Assembly (NCBI GenBank): GCA_035263165.1 | Contig: DATFRN010000113.1 | Location: forward strand, 35,235-99,234 | Reading direction: 5' to 3' | DNA length: 64,000 nt | DNA from: Acidimicrobiales bacterium | GTDB taxonomy: Bacteria > Actinomycetota > Acidimicrobiia > Acidimicrobiales > VFJN01 | Shown here: positions 9,602 through 21,453 of the stretch, in pieces | How the letters are laid out: every line of letters begins with the position of its first letter | How positions within the stretch are numbered: the stretch's first letter is position 1 | Translations under genes and position numbers: made by a program | Notes under the pieces: generated by a model | What the model was told of the DNA's origin: nothing | Seen by the model: only the letters and a program-made list of their open reading frames with translations | Databases searched by the model: none

Positions 9602-10244
9602 GCGCCTGGTCCTGGTGACCGGGACCGGCACCGAGGTCGGCAAGACCTGGGTGGCCTGCGCCCTGGCCCGGGCGCTGCGGGCCCGGGGGCTGGTGGTGGC
9701 CGCCCGCAAGCCGGTGCAGTCCTTCGGCCCCGACGACCCCAGCGCGGGCACCGACGCCGCCGTGCTGGCCGAGGCGACGGGCGAGCACCCGGGGGTCGTG
9801 TGCCCCCGCCACCGCTGGTACGCGGTGGCCATGGCGCCGCCGATGGCGGCCGAGGTGCTGGGCCGCCCGCCGTTCAGCGTGGCCGACCTGGCCGACGAGG
9901 TGGCCTGGCCGCCGGGCGTCGGCGTGGGCCTGGTCGAGTCGGCCGGGGGCGTGCGCTCGCCGCTGGCCGCCGACGGCGACACGGCCACCCTGGCCGCCGC
10001 CCTGCGCCCCGAGCGGGTGGTGCTGGTGGCCGACGCCGGCCTCGGGACCATCAACGCCGTCCGCCTCTCGGCCGCAGCCCTGGCGCCCTGGCCGGTCACC
10101 GTGCTGCTGAACCGGTACGACGCCGGCGACGAGCTCCACCAGGCCAACCGGGCCTGGCTGGCCGGGCGGGACGGCTACGACGTGGCCACCGACGCCGCGG
10201 GCCTGGTGGCCCCCATCGTCGGCTGGCCGGCGCAGCCGGCCTGA
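9591..10244 (+). CDS. bioD: Dethiobiotin synthase
   Basis: GTG start overlapping the bioF end. P-loop VTGTGTEVGKT at the N-terminus; 217 aa. Confidence 0.9.
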   Translation: MRPERLVLVTGTGTEVGKTWVACALARALRARGLVVAARKPVQSFGPDDPSAGTDAAVLAEATGEHPGVVCPRHRWYAVAMAPPMAAEVLGRPPFSVADLADEVAWPPGVGVGLVESAGGVRSPLAADGDTATLAAALRPERVVLVADAGLGTINAVRLSAAALAPWPVTVLLNRYDAGDELHQANRAWLAGRDGYDVATDAAGLVAPIVGWPAQPA

Positions 10245-11093
10245 TCAGCGAGCGACGCGGGCGCTGACGATCCAGGCCCGGGAGGGCAGCGCGACCTCGC
10301 CGCCGGGGGCGGCGACCCGCTCGACGGTGGCCCGCAGGGCCGCCAGGGCCCGCTCGACGGCCTCGGGGGGCTTGTCGGCCAGCAGGGCGCGGGTCCGCGG
10401 CTGGTCCTTCATGTACTCGTAGGCGTCCACCGGGTCGGCGCCCAGCCACATGGGCGCCTCGGCGCCCTCCAGCGCCACGTCGGCGAACCCGGCCGCGGCC
10501 AGCACGGCCCGGACCCGGTCGGGATCGGCCAGGGAGTACGGCCCCGGCTGGCCCGGCCCGAAGGTGTCGGGCGGGCCGACGTGCTCGGCCATCGCGTCCC
10601 CGGGGATGGCCGCCCAGTCGTTGCGCTCCAGCGGCTGCCAGCAGGAGAAGGCGAGGCGGCCGCCCGGCGCCAGGGCCCGGCGGACGTTGGCGAAGGCGGC
10701 CTCGAGGTCGTCGAAGAACATCACGCCGAACCGGCTCACGGCCACGTCGGCCCCGCCCGGCGGGAACGGGTGGACCTGGGCGTCCGCCAGCTCGAAGCGC
10801 ACGTTGGCCGGCCCCTCGGCGGCGGCCAGCGCCCGGGCCCGCTCGATCAGCGGCCGGCTGATGTCCACGCCCAGGGCGTCGCCCTCCGGCGCCCGCCGGG
10901 CCGCCTGCCGGGCCAGCGTGCCGGTGCCGGTGCCCACGTCGATCGCCCGGTCGGCGCCGCCCACGCCCGCCGCGTCGAGCACGGCCTCGCTCCAGGTGGC
11001 CAGCTGGCGGTCGTGGCGGTCGGCATGGGCGGCCCACAGGGTGCCGCTCAGGCCGTTCCACCAGGCCGACATCTGCTCGTTGGGCACCGCCAT
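10245..11093 (-). CDS. Class I SAM-dependent methyltransferase
   Basis: Motif I IDVGTGTGTLA; start at MAVPNEQ. Its ATG overlaps the smpB stop (catca). Confidence 0.8.
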   Translation of the reverse strand: MAVPNEQMSAWWNGLSGTLWAAHADRHDRQLATWSEAVLDAAGVGGADRAIDVGTGTGTLARQAARRAPEGDALGVDISRPLIERARALAAAEGPANVRFELADAQVHPFPPGGADVAVSRFGVMFFDDLEAAFANVRRALAPGGRLAFSCWQPLERNDWAAIPGDAMAEHVGPPDTFGPGQPGPYSLADPDRVRAVLAAAGFADVALEGAEAPMWLGADPVDAYEYMKDQPRTRALLADKPPEAVERALAALRATVERVAAPGGEVALPSRAWIVSARVAR

Positions 11094-11578
11094 CAGTCGC
11101 CCCTCCCCGCCCGGGCGATGGCGCGGGCGGCCTCCCGGTCGGCGTCCCGCTTGGCCAGCACCTCGCGCTTGTCGTAGGTCTTGCGGCCGCGGGCCAGCGC
11201 CAGCTCGACCTTGGCCCGCCCCTCCCGGAAGTAGAGCGAGAGCGGTATCAGCGACAGCCGCTGCTCGTCGACGATCGACCGCAGCCGGTCCAGCTCGGAC
11301 CGGTGCAGCAGCAGCTTGCGCCGGCGGTCGGGCTCGTGGCCCGAGTGCTGCTGGGCGTGGTCGTAGGGGGCGATGTGCATCGAGTGCAGCCACGCCTCGC
11401 CGGCCTCGATGCGGGCGTAGGCGTCGCCCAGCTGGACGTGGGCCGACCGCAGCGACTTCACCTCGCTGCCCCGCAGCACGAGGCCGGCCTCGATGGTCTC
11501 GAGCACCTCGTAGTTGCGCCGCGCCCGGCGGTTGGCGGCGATGAGCTTGGTTCCGGAGCGGGAGTCGGCGCGGGCCAT
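11093..11578 (-). CDS. smpB: SsrA-binding protein
   Basis: 161 aa. NRRARRNYEVLETIEAGLVLRGSEVKSLR ... KLLLHRSELDRL ... LSLYF are canonical SmpB motifs. Confidence 0.95.
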   Translation of the reverse strand: MARADSRSGTKLIAANRRARRNYEVLETIEAGLVLRGSEVKSLRSAHVQLGDAYARIEAGEAWLHSMHIAPYDHAQQHSGHEPDRRRKLLLHRSELDRLRSIVDEQRLSLIPLSLYFREGRAKVELALARGRKTYDKREVLAKRDADREAARAIARAGRGD

Positions 11579-11614
11579 GGGGGACCGTTGAGGGTAGCGG
11601 TAGCCTGCTCCGCC

Positions 11615-12019
11615 GTGCTCACCGTGACCCCCGAGGTGTGGCGCCAGATGGTGGGCCACGCCTACGACGGCCTGCCGGACGAGGCGTGCGGGCTGTTCGC
11701 CGGCGACCCGGCCACGGCCGAGGCCAGCGTGTTCTACCCGTGCCGCAACGCCGCCGAGTCGAGCCGGGTGTACACCGTCGACCCCCGCGACCACCTGCGG
11801 GCCGACCGGGACGCCGAGGGCCGTGGCCTGGAGATCCTCGGGGTCATGCACAGCCACACCCACACCGAGGCCTACCCGTCGCCCACCGACGTGGCCCAGG
11901 CGCCCGACCCCGGCTGGCACTACGTGATCGTGTCGCTCAAGCGGCCCTCGGCCGTGCTGCGGTCGTACCGCATCGTCGACGGTGGGATCGAGGAGGAGCC
12001 GGTAGGATTGTCGACCTGA
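11615..12019 (+). CDS. mec: JAMM/MPN+ metalloprotease (Mec-like, CysO-cysteine peptidase family)
   Basis: E..CG ... HSHTHTEAYPSPTD JAMM motif; about 134 aa. Sits directly upstream of cysM, as in mycobacteria. Confidence 0.8.
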   Translation: MLTVTPEVWRQMVGHAYDGLPDEACGLFAGDPATAEASVFYPCRNAAESSRVYTVDPRDHLRADRDAEGRGLEILGVMHSHTHTEAYPSPTDVAQAPDPGWHYVIVSLKRPSAVLRSYRIVDGGIEEEPVGLST

Positions 12020-12050
12020 CCGATCGGATTTCGCTCCTGGGACCAGGTAC

Positions 12051-12998
12051 ATGGCCGTCTACTCCTCGGTGATCGACCTCATCGGCGAGACGCCGATGCT
12101 CGACGTCAGCCGGCTCAGCCCCACGCCCGGGGTCCGCATCCTGGCCAAGCTCGAGGGCCAGAACCCGGGCGGCTCGATCAAGGACCGCATCGCCCGCAAG
12201 ATGGTGCTGGAGGCCGAGGCCGACGGCACGCTCACCCCGGGCCGCACGATCATCGAGCCGTCGTCGGGCAACACCGGCATCGCCCTGGCGATGCTCGCGC
12301 GCACCCGGGGCTACGACATCAAGATCGTCATGCCCGAGAACGTGTCGATCGAGCGCCGCCAGGCTCTCGAGGTGTGGGGGGCCGAGATCATCATGACCCC
12401 GGGCGGCGAGGGCTCGAACGGGGCCGTGCGCCGGGCCCAGGCGCTGGCCGACGAGCACCCCGAGTGGGTGTTCCTCTACCAGTACGCCAACGAGGCCAAC
12501 CCCCGGGCCCACTACGAGGCCACGGGCCCCGAGATCTGGCGCGACTGCCCCGAGATCACCCACTTCGTGGCCGGCCTGGGCACGACCGGCACGCTCATGG
12601 GCGTGGGCCGCTACCTCAAGGAGCGGAACCCCGGGGTCAAGGTCGTCGCCATCGAGCCGCCCCTCGGCGAGCGGGTCGAGGGGCTGCGCAACCTGGACGA
12701 CGGCTACATCCCGCCCGTCTACGAGAAGTGGGGCGGGCCCGACCTGCTCGACCGCAAGCGCATCGTCCGGCCCCGCGAGTCGATCGAGTGGACCCGGCGG
12801 CTGGCCGAGATCGGCGTCTTCTCCGGCATCTCCGGGGGTGCGGCGCTGGCCGGGGCGGCCAAGGTGGCGACCGAGATCGACGAGGGGACCATCGTCGTGA
12901 TCCTGGCCGACGCCGGCTGGAAGTACCTGTCCACCGGCGCCTGGACCGGCGACATCGACGAGGTCGCCGAGCTGGCCGGCCGCCTCATCGTCTTCTAG
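12051..12998 (+). CDS. cysM: Cysteine synthase (CysM-type PLP enzyme)
   Basis: PLP Lys motif NPGGSIKDRIA, SSGNTGIALA, GLGTTGTLMG. CysM rather than CysK is inferred from the mec context only. Confidence 0.85.
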   Translation: MAVYSSVIDLIGETPMLDVSRLSPTPGVRILAKLEGQNPGGSIKDRIARKMVLEAEADGTLTPGRTIIEPSSGNTGIALAMLARTRGYDIKIVMPENVSIERRQALEVWGAEIIMTPGGEGSNGAVRRAQALADEHPEWVFLYQYANEANPRAHYEATGPEIWRDCPEITHFVAGLGTTGTLMGVGRYLKERNPGVKVVAIEPPLGERVEGLRNLDDGYIPPVYEKWGGPDLLDRKRIVRPRESIEWTRRLAEIGVFSGISGGAALAGAAKVATEIDEGTIVVILADAGWKYLSTGAWTGDIDEVAELAGRLIVF

Positions 12999-13007
12999 GG
13001 GGCGGGG

Positions 13008-13904
13008 ATGAAGGTCCGCATCGGCTTCGGCCTCGGCACCCAGACGCTGGCCGGCGACGCCGAGCGGTTCCCGGTCTTCGTCGACGCGCTGGAGGAGCAC
13101 GGGTTCGACTCGCTGTGGCTGAGCGAGCGGCTCACCACCGTGGCGCCCGACCCGCTGATCGCCCTGGCCGTGGCGGCCGGGCGCACCCGCAAGCTCAAGC
13201 TGGGCACGAGCGTGCTCGTCGTGCCGGGCCGCAACCCGGTGGTCCTGGCCAAGGAGCTCGCCAGCCTCGACCGCCTGTCCGGCGGCCGCCTGCTGCCCGC
13301 CGTGGGCCTGGGGGCGCCGGTCCCGGCCGAGCACCGGGCCTTCGGCGTGGACCGGCGGGAGCGGGCCGGGCTGTTCGACGAGGCGATCGGGCTCATCCGG
13401 CGGCTGTGGACCGAGGACGACGTCCACCACGACGGCGAGCACTTCCACGTCGACGGCGTGACGCTGCTGCCCCGCCCGGTCCAGACGCCGCCCGACGTGT
13501 GGCTCGGCGGCACCTCGCCGTCCGAGCTGCGGCGCACCGGCCGGCTCGGCGACGGCTGGCTGCCGTCGTTCACCGTGCCGGCCGAGGTCGAGGCGGGGTG
13601 GGCGACCATCAACGCCGTCGCCGCCGAGCACGGCCGGGCCATCGAGGACGAGCACCTGGGCGTGCTCGTGCTGTATGCCCGGGGGGCGCTGCCCGACGCC
13701 GTCGCCAAGCTGCTGGCGGCCCGGCGGCCGGCGCTCGATCCCCACGAGGTGGTGGCGGTCGGCATCGACGGGCTGCGGCGCCAGGTCGAGCGGTTCATCG
13801 GGGTGGGTGCGTCCAAGTTCGTGGTCGTGCCGCTGGCCGAGCCCGACGACTGGGACGCCGAGCTGGCCGAGCTGGCCGCCGAGGTCAAGACCCTCGAGAC
13901 CTGA
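13008..13904 (+). CDS. LLM-class (luciferase-like) F420-dependent oxidoreductase
   Basis: 298 aa. The luciferase-like TIM-barrel signature (HGFDSLWLSERL, LKLGTSVLVVPGRNP) is typical of actinobacterial F420 LLM proteins. Confidence 0.8.
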   Translation: MKVRIGFGLGTQTLAGDAERFPVFVDALEEHGFDSLWLSERLTTVAPDPLIALAVAAGRTRKLKLGTSVLVVPGRNPVVLAKELASLDRLSGGRLLPAVGLGAPVPAEHRAFGVDRRERAGLFDEAIGLIRRLWTEDDVHHDGEHFHVDGVTLLPRPVQTPPDVWLGGTSPSELRRTGRLGDGWLPSFTVPAEVEAGWATINAVAAEHGRAIEDEHLGVLVLYARGALPDAVAKLLAARRPALDPHEVVAVGIDGLRRQVERFIGVGASKFVVVPLAEPDDWDAELAELAAEVKTLET

Positions 13905-13917
13905 CCGGGCACGACGG

Positions 13918-14505
13918 CTAGAGGTTGGCCACGATCAGGCCGACGCCGACGGCCGCGAACAGGATCGCCGAGCCGATGCGGGTGGCCCGCTCGGGCAGGC
14001 GGGCGCCGAACACCCGGCCGACCAGCACGCCGAGCACGCCGGCCAGGATGATCCCGGTGGTGGCGCCGATCCACACGAGGACGGGGTTGCCCTGGGCGGC
14101 GAGGGTGGCGGTGGCCAGCATCGTCTTGTCGCCCAGCTCGGCCAGGAACATGGCGGTGGCCACCGAGGCGATCACGTGGCGCTCGTCGGTGGCGACTGCG
14201 CCATCCGTCCCGGCCTCGTCCGCCGCGGCCTCGTCCTCCTCCTCGCCGCCCGTGCGCAGGGTCCAGATGCCGAAGCCGATGAACAGCACGCCGCCGACCA
14301 GGCCGATCGCCCGGGTGGGGAGGGCGGCGCCGAGCAGGCCGCCGACGATCACCGACAGCAGGTTGGTGCACATGTAGGCCGCGACCACGCCGGTGAGCAC
14401 CGGGGCGAGGCGGTAGCGGGCGCCGAATCCCAACGCGACGAGCTGCGTCTTGTCGCCCAGCTCGGCGAGGAACACCACGCCGAGGGCGGCGAGCAGCGAT
14501 TCCAT
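13918..14505 (-). CDS. UPF0016/GDT1 (TMEM165) family cation (Mn2+/Ca2+) transporter
   Basis: Two E-x-G-D-K-T motifs (AELGDKTQL, AELGDKTML) in a 6-TM protein. Start at MESLLAAL. Confidence 0.8.
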   Translation of the reverse strand: MESLLAALGVVFLAELGDKTQLVALGFGARYRLAPVLTGVVAAYMCTNLLSVIVGGLLGAALPTRAIGLVGGVLFIGFGIWTLRTGGEEEDEAAADEAGTDGAVATDERHVIASVATAMFLAELGDKTMLATATLAAQGNPVLVWIGATTGIILAGVLGVLVGRVFGARLPERATRIGSAILFAAVGVGLIVANL

Positions 14506-14527
14506 GTCCGTGCGTAGCGTAAGGCGG

Positions 14528-15283
14528 GTGCCGGACCCCACCGCAAACGACCTGACGCTCACCGTCCTCGGCTGCTCGGGGACCTTCGCCGGCCCCGGCG
14601 AGGCGTGCAGCGGCTACCTCGTGCGGGCCGGCGGGGTGGCGCTGGGCGTCGACCTGGGCGCCGGGGCGCTGGCCAACCTGCAGCGCCACCTGCCCATCGA
14701 CGGCCTCGACGCCCTGGTGCTCACCCACGAGCATCCCGACCACTGGCTCGACGTGCCCCTGCTGCGCAACGCCCTGCGCTACGTGCTGGGCCGGCCCGAC
14801 CGGGCGCTGCCGGTGTACGGGACGGCGGGCACCCGGCGGCTGGCGGCGACGGTCATCGGCGACCTGGCACCGACGCTCGACTGGCGGACCGTCGACGCCT
14901 CGTCGTCGGTCGAGGTCGGCGGCCTGCGGGTGCGGTTCAGCCTCACCGACCACCCGGTCGAGACGCTGGCCGTGCGGGTCGACGCCGGCGGCCGGTCGCT
15001 GCTCTACTCGGCCGACACCGGGGCGGGGTGGGCGCCGGGCGCGGTCGGCGAGGGCGTCGGGACGTTCGTGTGCGAGGCGGCGCTGCCGCCGGAGGAGGAG
15101 GGGTCGTTCCAGCACCTGTCGGCCGCCCAGGCCGGGGCGCTGGCGGCCGAGATCGGGGCCGGGCGGCTGGTGCTCACCCACCTGGTGCCGGGGGCCGACG
15201 TCGAGTCCCAGCGGTCGTTGGCGGCCGCGGCCTACGGCGGGCCGCTGTCCGTGGCGGTCACCGGGGCGGATTACCGTGCGTGA
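14528..15283 (+). CDS. MBL-fold metallo-hydrolase (Rv1339-like; that mycobacterial homologue family includes a cAMP phosphodiesterase)
   Basis: HEHPDH metal motif; position just upstream of rph-rdgB. Start uncertain (GTG 14528, ATG 14504 or the ORF start 14450). Confidence 0.75.
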   Translation: MPDPTANDLTLTVLGCSGTFAGPGEACSGYLVRAGGVALGVDLGAGALANLQRHLPIDGLDALVLTHEHPDHWLDVPLLRNALRYVLGRPDRALPVYGTAGTRRLAATVIGDLAPTLDWRTVDASSSVEVGGLRVRFSLTDHPVETLAVRVDAGGRSLLYSADTGAGWAPGAVGEGVGTFVCEAALPPEEEGSFQHLSAAQAGALAAEIGAGRLVLTHLVPGADVESQRSLAAAAYGGPLSVAVTGADYRA

Positions 15284-15285
15284 CG

Positions 15286-16035
15286 ATGCGCGCTGACGGA
15301 CGAGCACCCGACGAGCTGCGGCCCGTCACCTTCGAGCGGGACTTCACCGAGATGGCGGCCGGGTCGTGCCTGGTCAGCTTCGGGCAGACCCGGGTCCTGT
15401 GCACCGCCTCGCTCGACGAGGACGTGCCCCGGTGGATGCGGGGCCGGGGCAAGGGCTGGGTCACGGCCGAGTACTCGATGCTGCCCGGGTCGTCGCCCGA
15501 GCGCATCCGGCGGGAGGTCAAGGACGGCCGGCCGTCGGGGCGCAGCCAGGAGATCCAGCGGCTGATCGGCCGGGCGCTGCGGTCGGTGTGCGACATGGCG
15601 CTGCTGGGGGAGCGGCAGGTGATCGTCGACTGCGACGTGCTGCAGGCCGACGGCGGCACCCGCACGGCGTCGATCTGCGGCGGCTACCTGGCGCTGCACG
15701 ACGCGCTGGCCCGGGTGGTCAAGCAGGGGGTGATCGGGGCCCACCCGCTGACCGCCTTCTGCGGCGCCGTGTCGGTGGGCGTGGTCGAGGGCACGCCGGT
15801 GCTCGACCTGCCGTACGTCGAGGACAGCCGGGCCGAGGTCGACATGAACGTGGTGATGACGTCGGAGGGCCGGTACGTCGAGGTGCAGGGCACGGCCGAG
15901 GGCCAGCCGTTCAGCCGGGGCGAGCTGGACACGATGCTGGGGCTGGCCGAGAAGGGGATCGAGGAGCTGATCTCGCTGCAGCGGGAGATGGTGGCCGAGC
16001 CGCCGCCGTTCCGCCCGGTCGCCCGCCAGCGGTAG
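15286..16035 (+). CDS. rph: Ribonuclease PH
   Basis: 249 aa. RADGR..DELRPV, GWVTAEYSMLPGS, VLQADGGTRTASI are canonical RNase PH motifs. Confidence 0.95.
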   Translation: MRADGRAPDELRPVTFERDFTEMAAGSCLVSFGQTRVLCTASLDEDVPRWMRGRGKGWVTAEYSMLPGSSPERIRREVKDGRPSGRSQEIQRLIGRALRSVCDMALLGERQVIVDCDVLQADGGTRTASICGGYLALHDALARVVKQGVIGAHPLTAFCGAVSVGVVEGTPVLDLPYVEDSRAEVDMNVVMTSEGRYVEVQGTAEGQPFSRGELDTMLGLAEKGIEELISLQREMVAEPPPFRPVARQR

Positions 16036-16042
16036 CCGGCCG

Positions 16043-16594
16043 GTGCGCATCCTCCTGGCGACGGGCAACGCCCACAAGGTCGCCGAGATCCAGGACGTCC
16101 TCGGCCCGGCGTGGGAGGTCGTGGCCCAGGACCCGGGCGTCGAGGAGACCGGCGAGACGTTCGAGGAGAACGCGCTGATCAAGGCCCGCGCCCTGGCCGC
16201 GGCGTCGGGCGAGCCGGCGATCGCCGACGACTCGGGCATAGAGATCGACGCCCTCGACGGCGCCCCGGGCGTCCGCTCGGCCCGCTGGACGGAGGAGGGC
16301 GACTGGATCCCGAAGGTGTTGCGCTCGCTGTCGGACGTCCCCCGGTCGGGTCGCGGCTGCCGCTACGTCTGCGCCGCGGCCGCGGTCTGGCCCGACGGCC
16401 GCGAGGAGGTCGTCCGCGGCGAGGTGGAGGGCGTGGTCCCGGACGCCCCTCGGGGAGACGGCGGCTTCGGCTACGACCCGATCATGGCCCCGGTAGAGGC
16501 CGACGGCCGCACGTTCGCAGAGATGACGGCGGAGGAGAAGCACGCCCTCAGCCACCGCGGCCGGGCGTTCCGGGCGTTGCGGGCGCGGCTGTAG
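16043..16594 (+). CDS. rdgB: Non-canonical purine NTP pyrophosphatase (RdgB/HAM1)
   Basis: ATGNAHKVAEI, ADDSGIEIDALDGAPGVRSARW, FGYDPI. Follows rph. Confidence 0.9.
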   Translation: MRILLATGNAHKVAEIQDVLGPAWEVVAQDPGVEETGETFEENALIKARALAAASGEPAIADDSGIEIDALDGAPGVRSARWTEEGDWIPKVLRSLSDVPRSGRGCRYVCAAAAVWPDGREEVVRGEVEGVVPDAPRGDGGFGYDPIMAPVEADGRTFAEMTAEEKHALSHRGRAFRALRARL

Positions 16595-16602
16595 GGCGTC
16601 TG

Positions 16603-16974
16603 CTAACCAGCGAGCAACTGTTGGGCGCGCTGGTGCGACACGCCGAGCAGGCGGCCGATGTCACGCAGGGGCAGGCCGCTGTCGGACAGCTCGCGGGCCG
16701 CGGCGCGTACCTCGGCGGCCGCGGCCGAGTTGGCGCGGGCCGACTGATCGCGGAGCTCGGCGGCGCGGACGAGGTGGGCCTGCACCGAGGTGGGGAGCAC
16801 GATGTCGTACTCGATGTCGATGCTGTCGGGCTCGTCGCCGGTCATCACGGCGATCAGGTCGCCGGCCATGGCGTCGAGCTCGCGCAGATGGCGCGCGTGG
16901 GTGGCCCCCACGCCGTCGACGCGCACGAGCCAGAAGCGCCCGTCCCTCTCCACATGTGCCTGGTACGTCACCAA
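16603..16974 (-). CDS. HicB-family antitoxin-like protein with C-terminal HTH (no HicA partner seen)
   Basis: N-terminal HicB-like fold segment (YQAHVERDGRFWLVRVDGVGATHARHL) and a C-terminal HTH (LPLRDIGRLLGVSHQRAQQLL). Assigned by recollection of the family. Confidence 0.55.
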   Translation of the reverse strand: MVTYQAHVERDGRFWLVRVDGVGATHARHLRELDAMAGDLIAVMTGDEPDSIDIEYDIVLPTSVQAHLVRAAELRDQSARANSAAAAEVRAAARELSDSGLPLRDIGRLLGVSHQRAQQLLAG

Positions 16975-17014
16975 CTGTTTCTAGTGCGCTCTAGACTACG
17001 CAGTCAAGGTCGGA

Positions 17015-19880
<2,866 letters not shown>

Positions 19881-19903
<23 letters not shown>

Positions 19904-20378
19904 GACGTGACCTCCCGGGCAGACGGCCCTTCGCACGGTAGCGAGCGATCCCCGCCGCCGCGCCCGCCAGCGCCGCCAGGCCCGCGGCCGTGGCCGCCTC
20001 CACCCGCCACCCGACCGGGTGCTCCCTCTGGATGCCGTGGTGGAACCGGTCGACCGCGGCCGGGAACGGCGAGCGCCCGAAGAAGTGCTGACCCGGCTTG
20101 TCCATGTCGACCACGCAGGCCCCGGCGATGGCCGCCGCCACGCCCGGCCGGGCCCACGGCGGCGCCGCCAGCAGCGCCGCCCCGCACACCGCCAGGCCGA
20201 GCGTGCCGTCGACCTTGGCCACCTCGACGAACTCGTCCCAGCTGAGGTCGGCGTCGCCCCAGTGCAGGCACATGTCCATGGCGATGTGCGACGCCACCCC
20301 GGCCACGAACGCCACCGCCGGCCGCCGTACCACCATCCCGATCGCCGCCCCCGCCAGCGCGTGGTTGGTGATGAACAC
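19881..20378 (-). CDS. Membrane-bound metal-dependent hydrolase-like protein (DUF457/YdjM type)
   Basis: 165 aa and hydrophobic, with N-terminal FITNHALAG...HIAMDMCLH. Its 3' end overlaps the acn start by 23 nt. Confidence 0.55.
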
Positions 20379-20384
20379 CGCCGC

Positions 20385-21401
20385 TCAGGCGTCGCGGGCC
20401 CGGCTGGGCGCGACGCGGGGCGGCTCGTTGGGCATCTTGGGGTAGACGGGCGGCCACGGGGCGTCCATGAGCCCCGCGGCCATGTCCCGCTCGGACATGG
20501 CCAGCAGCGGCTCGATCGACTGGCGCTGGCCGGCCATCGGCGCCCACGGGTCGCCGAGCGCGCCGACCCGGGCGGGGACGGTGGCGATCGTCAGGTCGTC
20601 GGGGTCGACCTCGGCCAGCGCCTCCCACGACAGCGGCGTCGACACCTGCCCGCCGACGCGGGCCCGGGCCGACCAGGCGCCGAACACGGTCTTGTGGGGG
20701 GCGTTCTGGTTGTAGTCGACGAAGATGCGCCGGCCCCGCTCCTCCTTCCACCAGGCGGCGGTGAGCAGGTCGGGCCGGCGCCGCTCGAGCTCGCGGGCCA
20801 CCGCGACGGCCGCCGCCCGCACCTGGTAGGAGTCCCAGCGGGGCTCGATGCGGGCGTAGACGTGGACGCCCCGGCTGGCGGTGGTCTTGGGGTAGGAGGC
20901 GATGCCGTGCTCGTCCAGCAGCGCCCGCAGCTCGACGGCGGCCGCCACCGCCTCGGGGAAGCCGGTGCCGGGCTGGGGGTCGAGGTCGATGCGCAGCTCG
21001 TCCACGTGGTCCTCGTCGGCCACGTCGGTCCGGAACGGCCACACGTGGAACCCGAGGCACCCGAGGTTGACCGCCCACAGCAGGTGGGCCAGATCGGCGG
21101 CCACCAGCGCCCGCGACGGGGTGCCGTTCACGGTGCGGACGATCGTGGTCTCCAGCCAGTCGGGGGCGTTGTCGGGCACCCGCTTCTGGAAGAAGGACGG
21201 GCCGCCGGCGCCGGACGGGAACCGCTGCATGAGCGTGGGCCGGCCCCGCATGGCGGCCATGATCGGCTCCTCGACGGCCAGGTAGTAGCGCACGAGGTCG
21301 GCCTTGGTGGCCCCCCGCTGGGGGAAGAAGACCTTGTCGGGGCTGGTGATCCTGATCTCCCGCCCGGCGGCCTCGACCACCTCGACCTTGCGCGACGCCA
21401 T
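20385..21401 (-). CDS. Stand-alone LigD-type polymerase/primase domain protein (NHEJ PolDom, AEP superfamily)
   Basis: 338 aa. [32 protein letters not shown] and FVDYNQN are hallmarks of the LigD polymerase domain. Confidence 0.8.
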   Translation of the reverse strand: MASRKVEVVEAAGREIRITSPDKVFFPQRGATKADLVRYYLAVEEPIMAAMRGRPTLMQRFPSGAGGPSFFQKRVPDNAPDWLETTIVRTVNGTPSRALVAADLAHLLWAVNLGCLGFHVWPFRTDVADEDHVDELRIDLDPQPGTGFPEAVAAAVELRALLDEHGIASYPKTTASRGVHVYARIEPRWDSYQVRAAAVAVARELERRRPDLLTAAWWKEERGRRIFVDYNQNAPHKTVFGAWSARARVGGQVSTPLSWEALAEVDPDDLTIATVPARVGALGDPWAPMAGQRQSIEPLLAMSERDMAAGLMDAPWPPVYPKMPNEPPRVAPSRARDA

Positions 21402-21453
21402 CGCCGCGCACGGTAGCCCGGCTACCAGCCCCGCCGCGATGGGCCCTCGACTG

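Noticed and set aside
10245-11614. I expected the tmRNA gene (ssrA) next to smpB.
   Set aside because: Both flanks of smpB are protein-coding (an overlapping methyltransferase downstream and a 36-nt spacer to mec upstream). No tRNA-like acceptor or T-arm sequence was seen.
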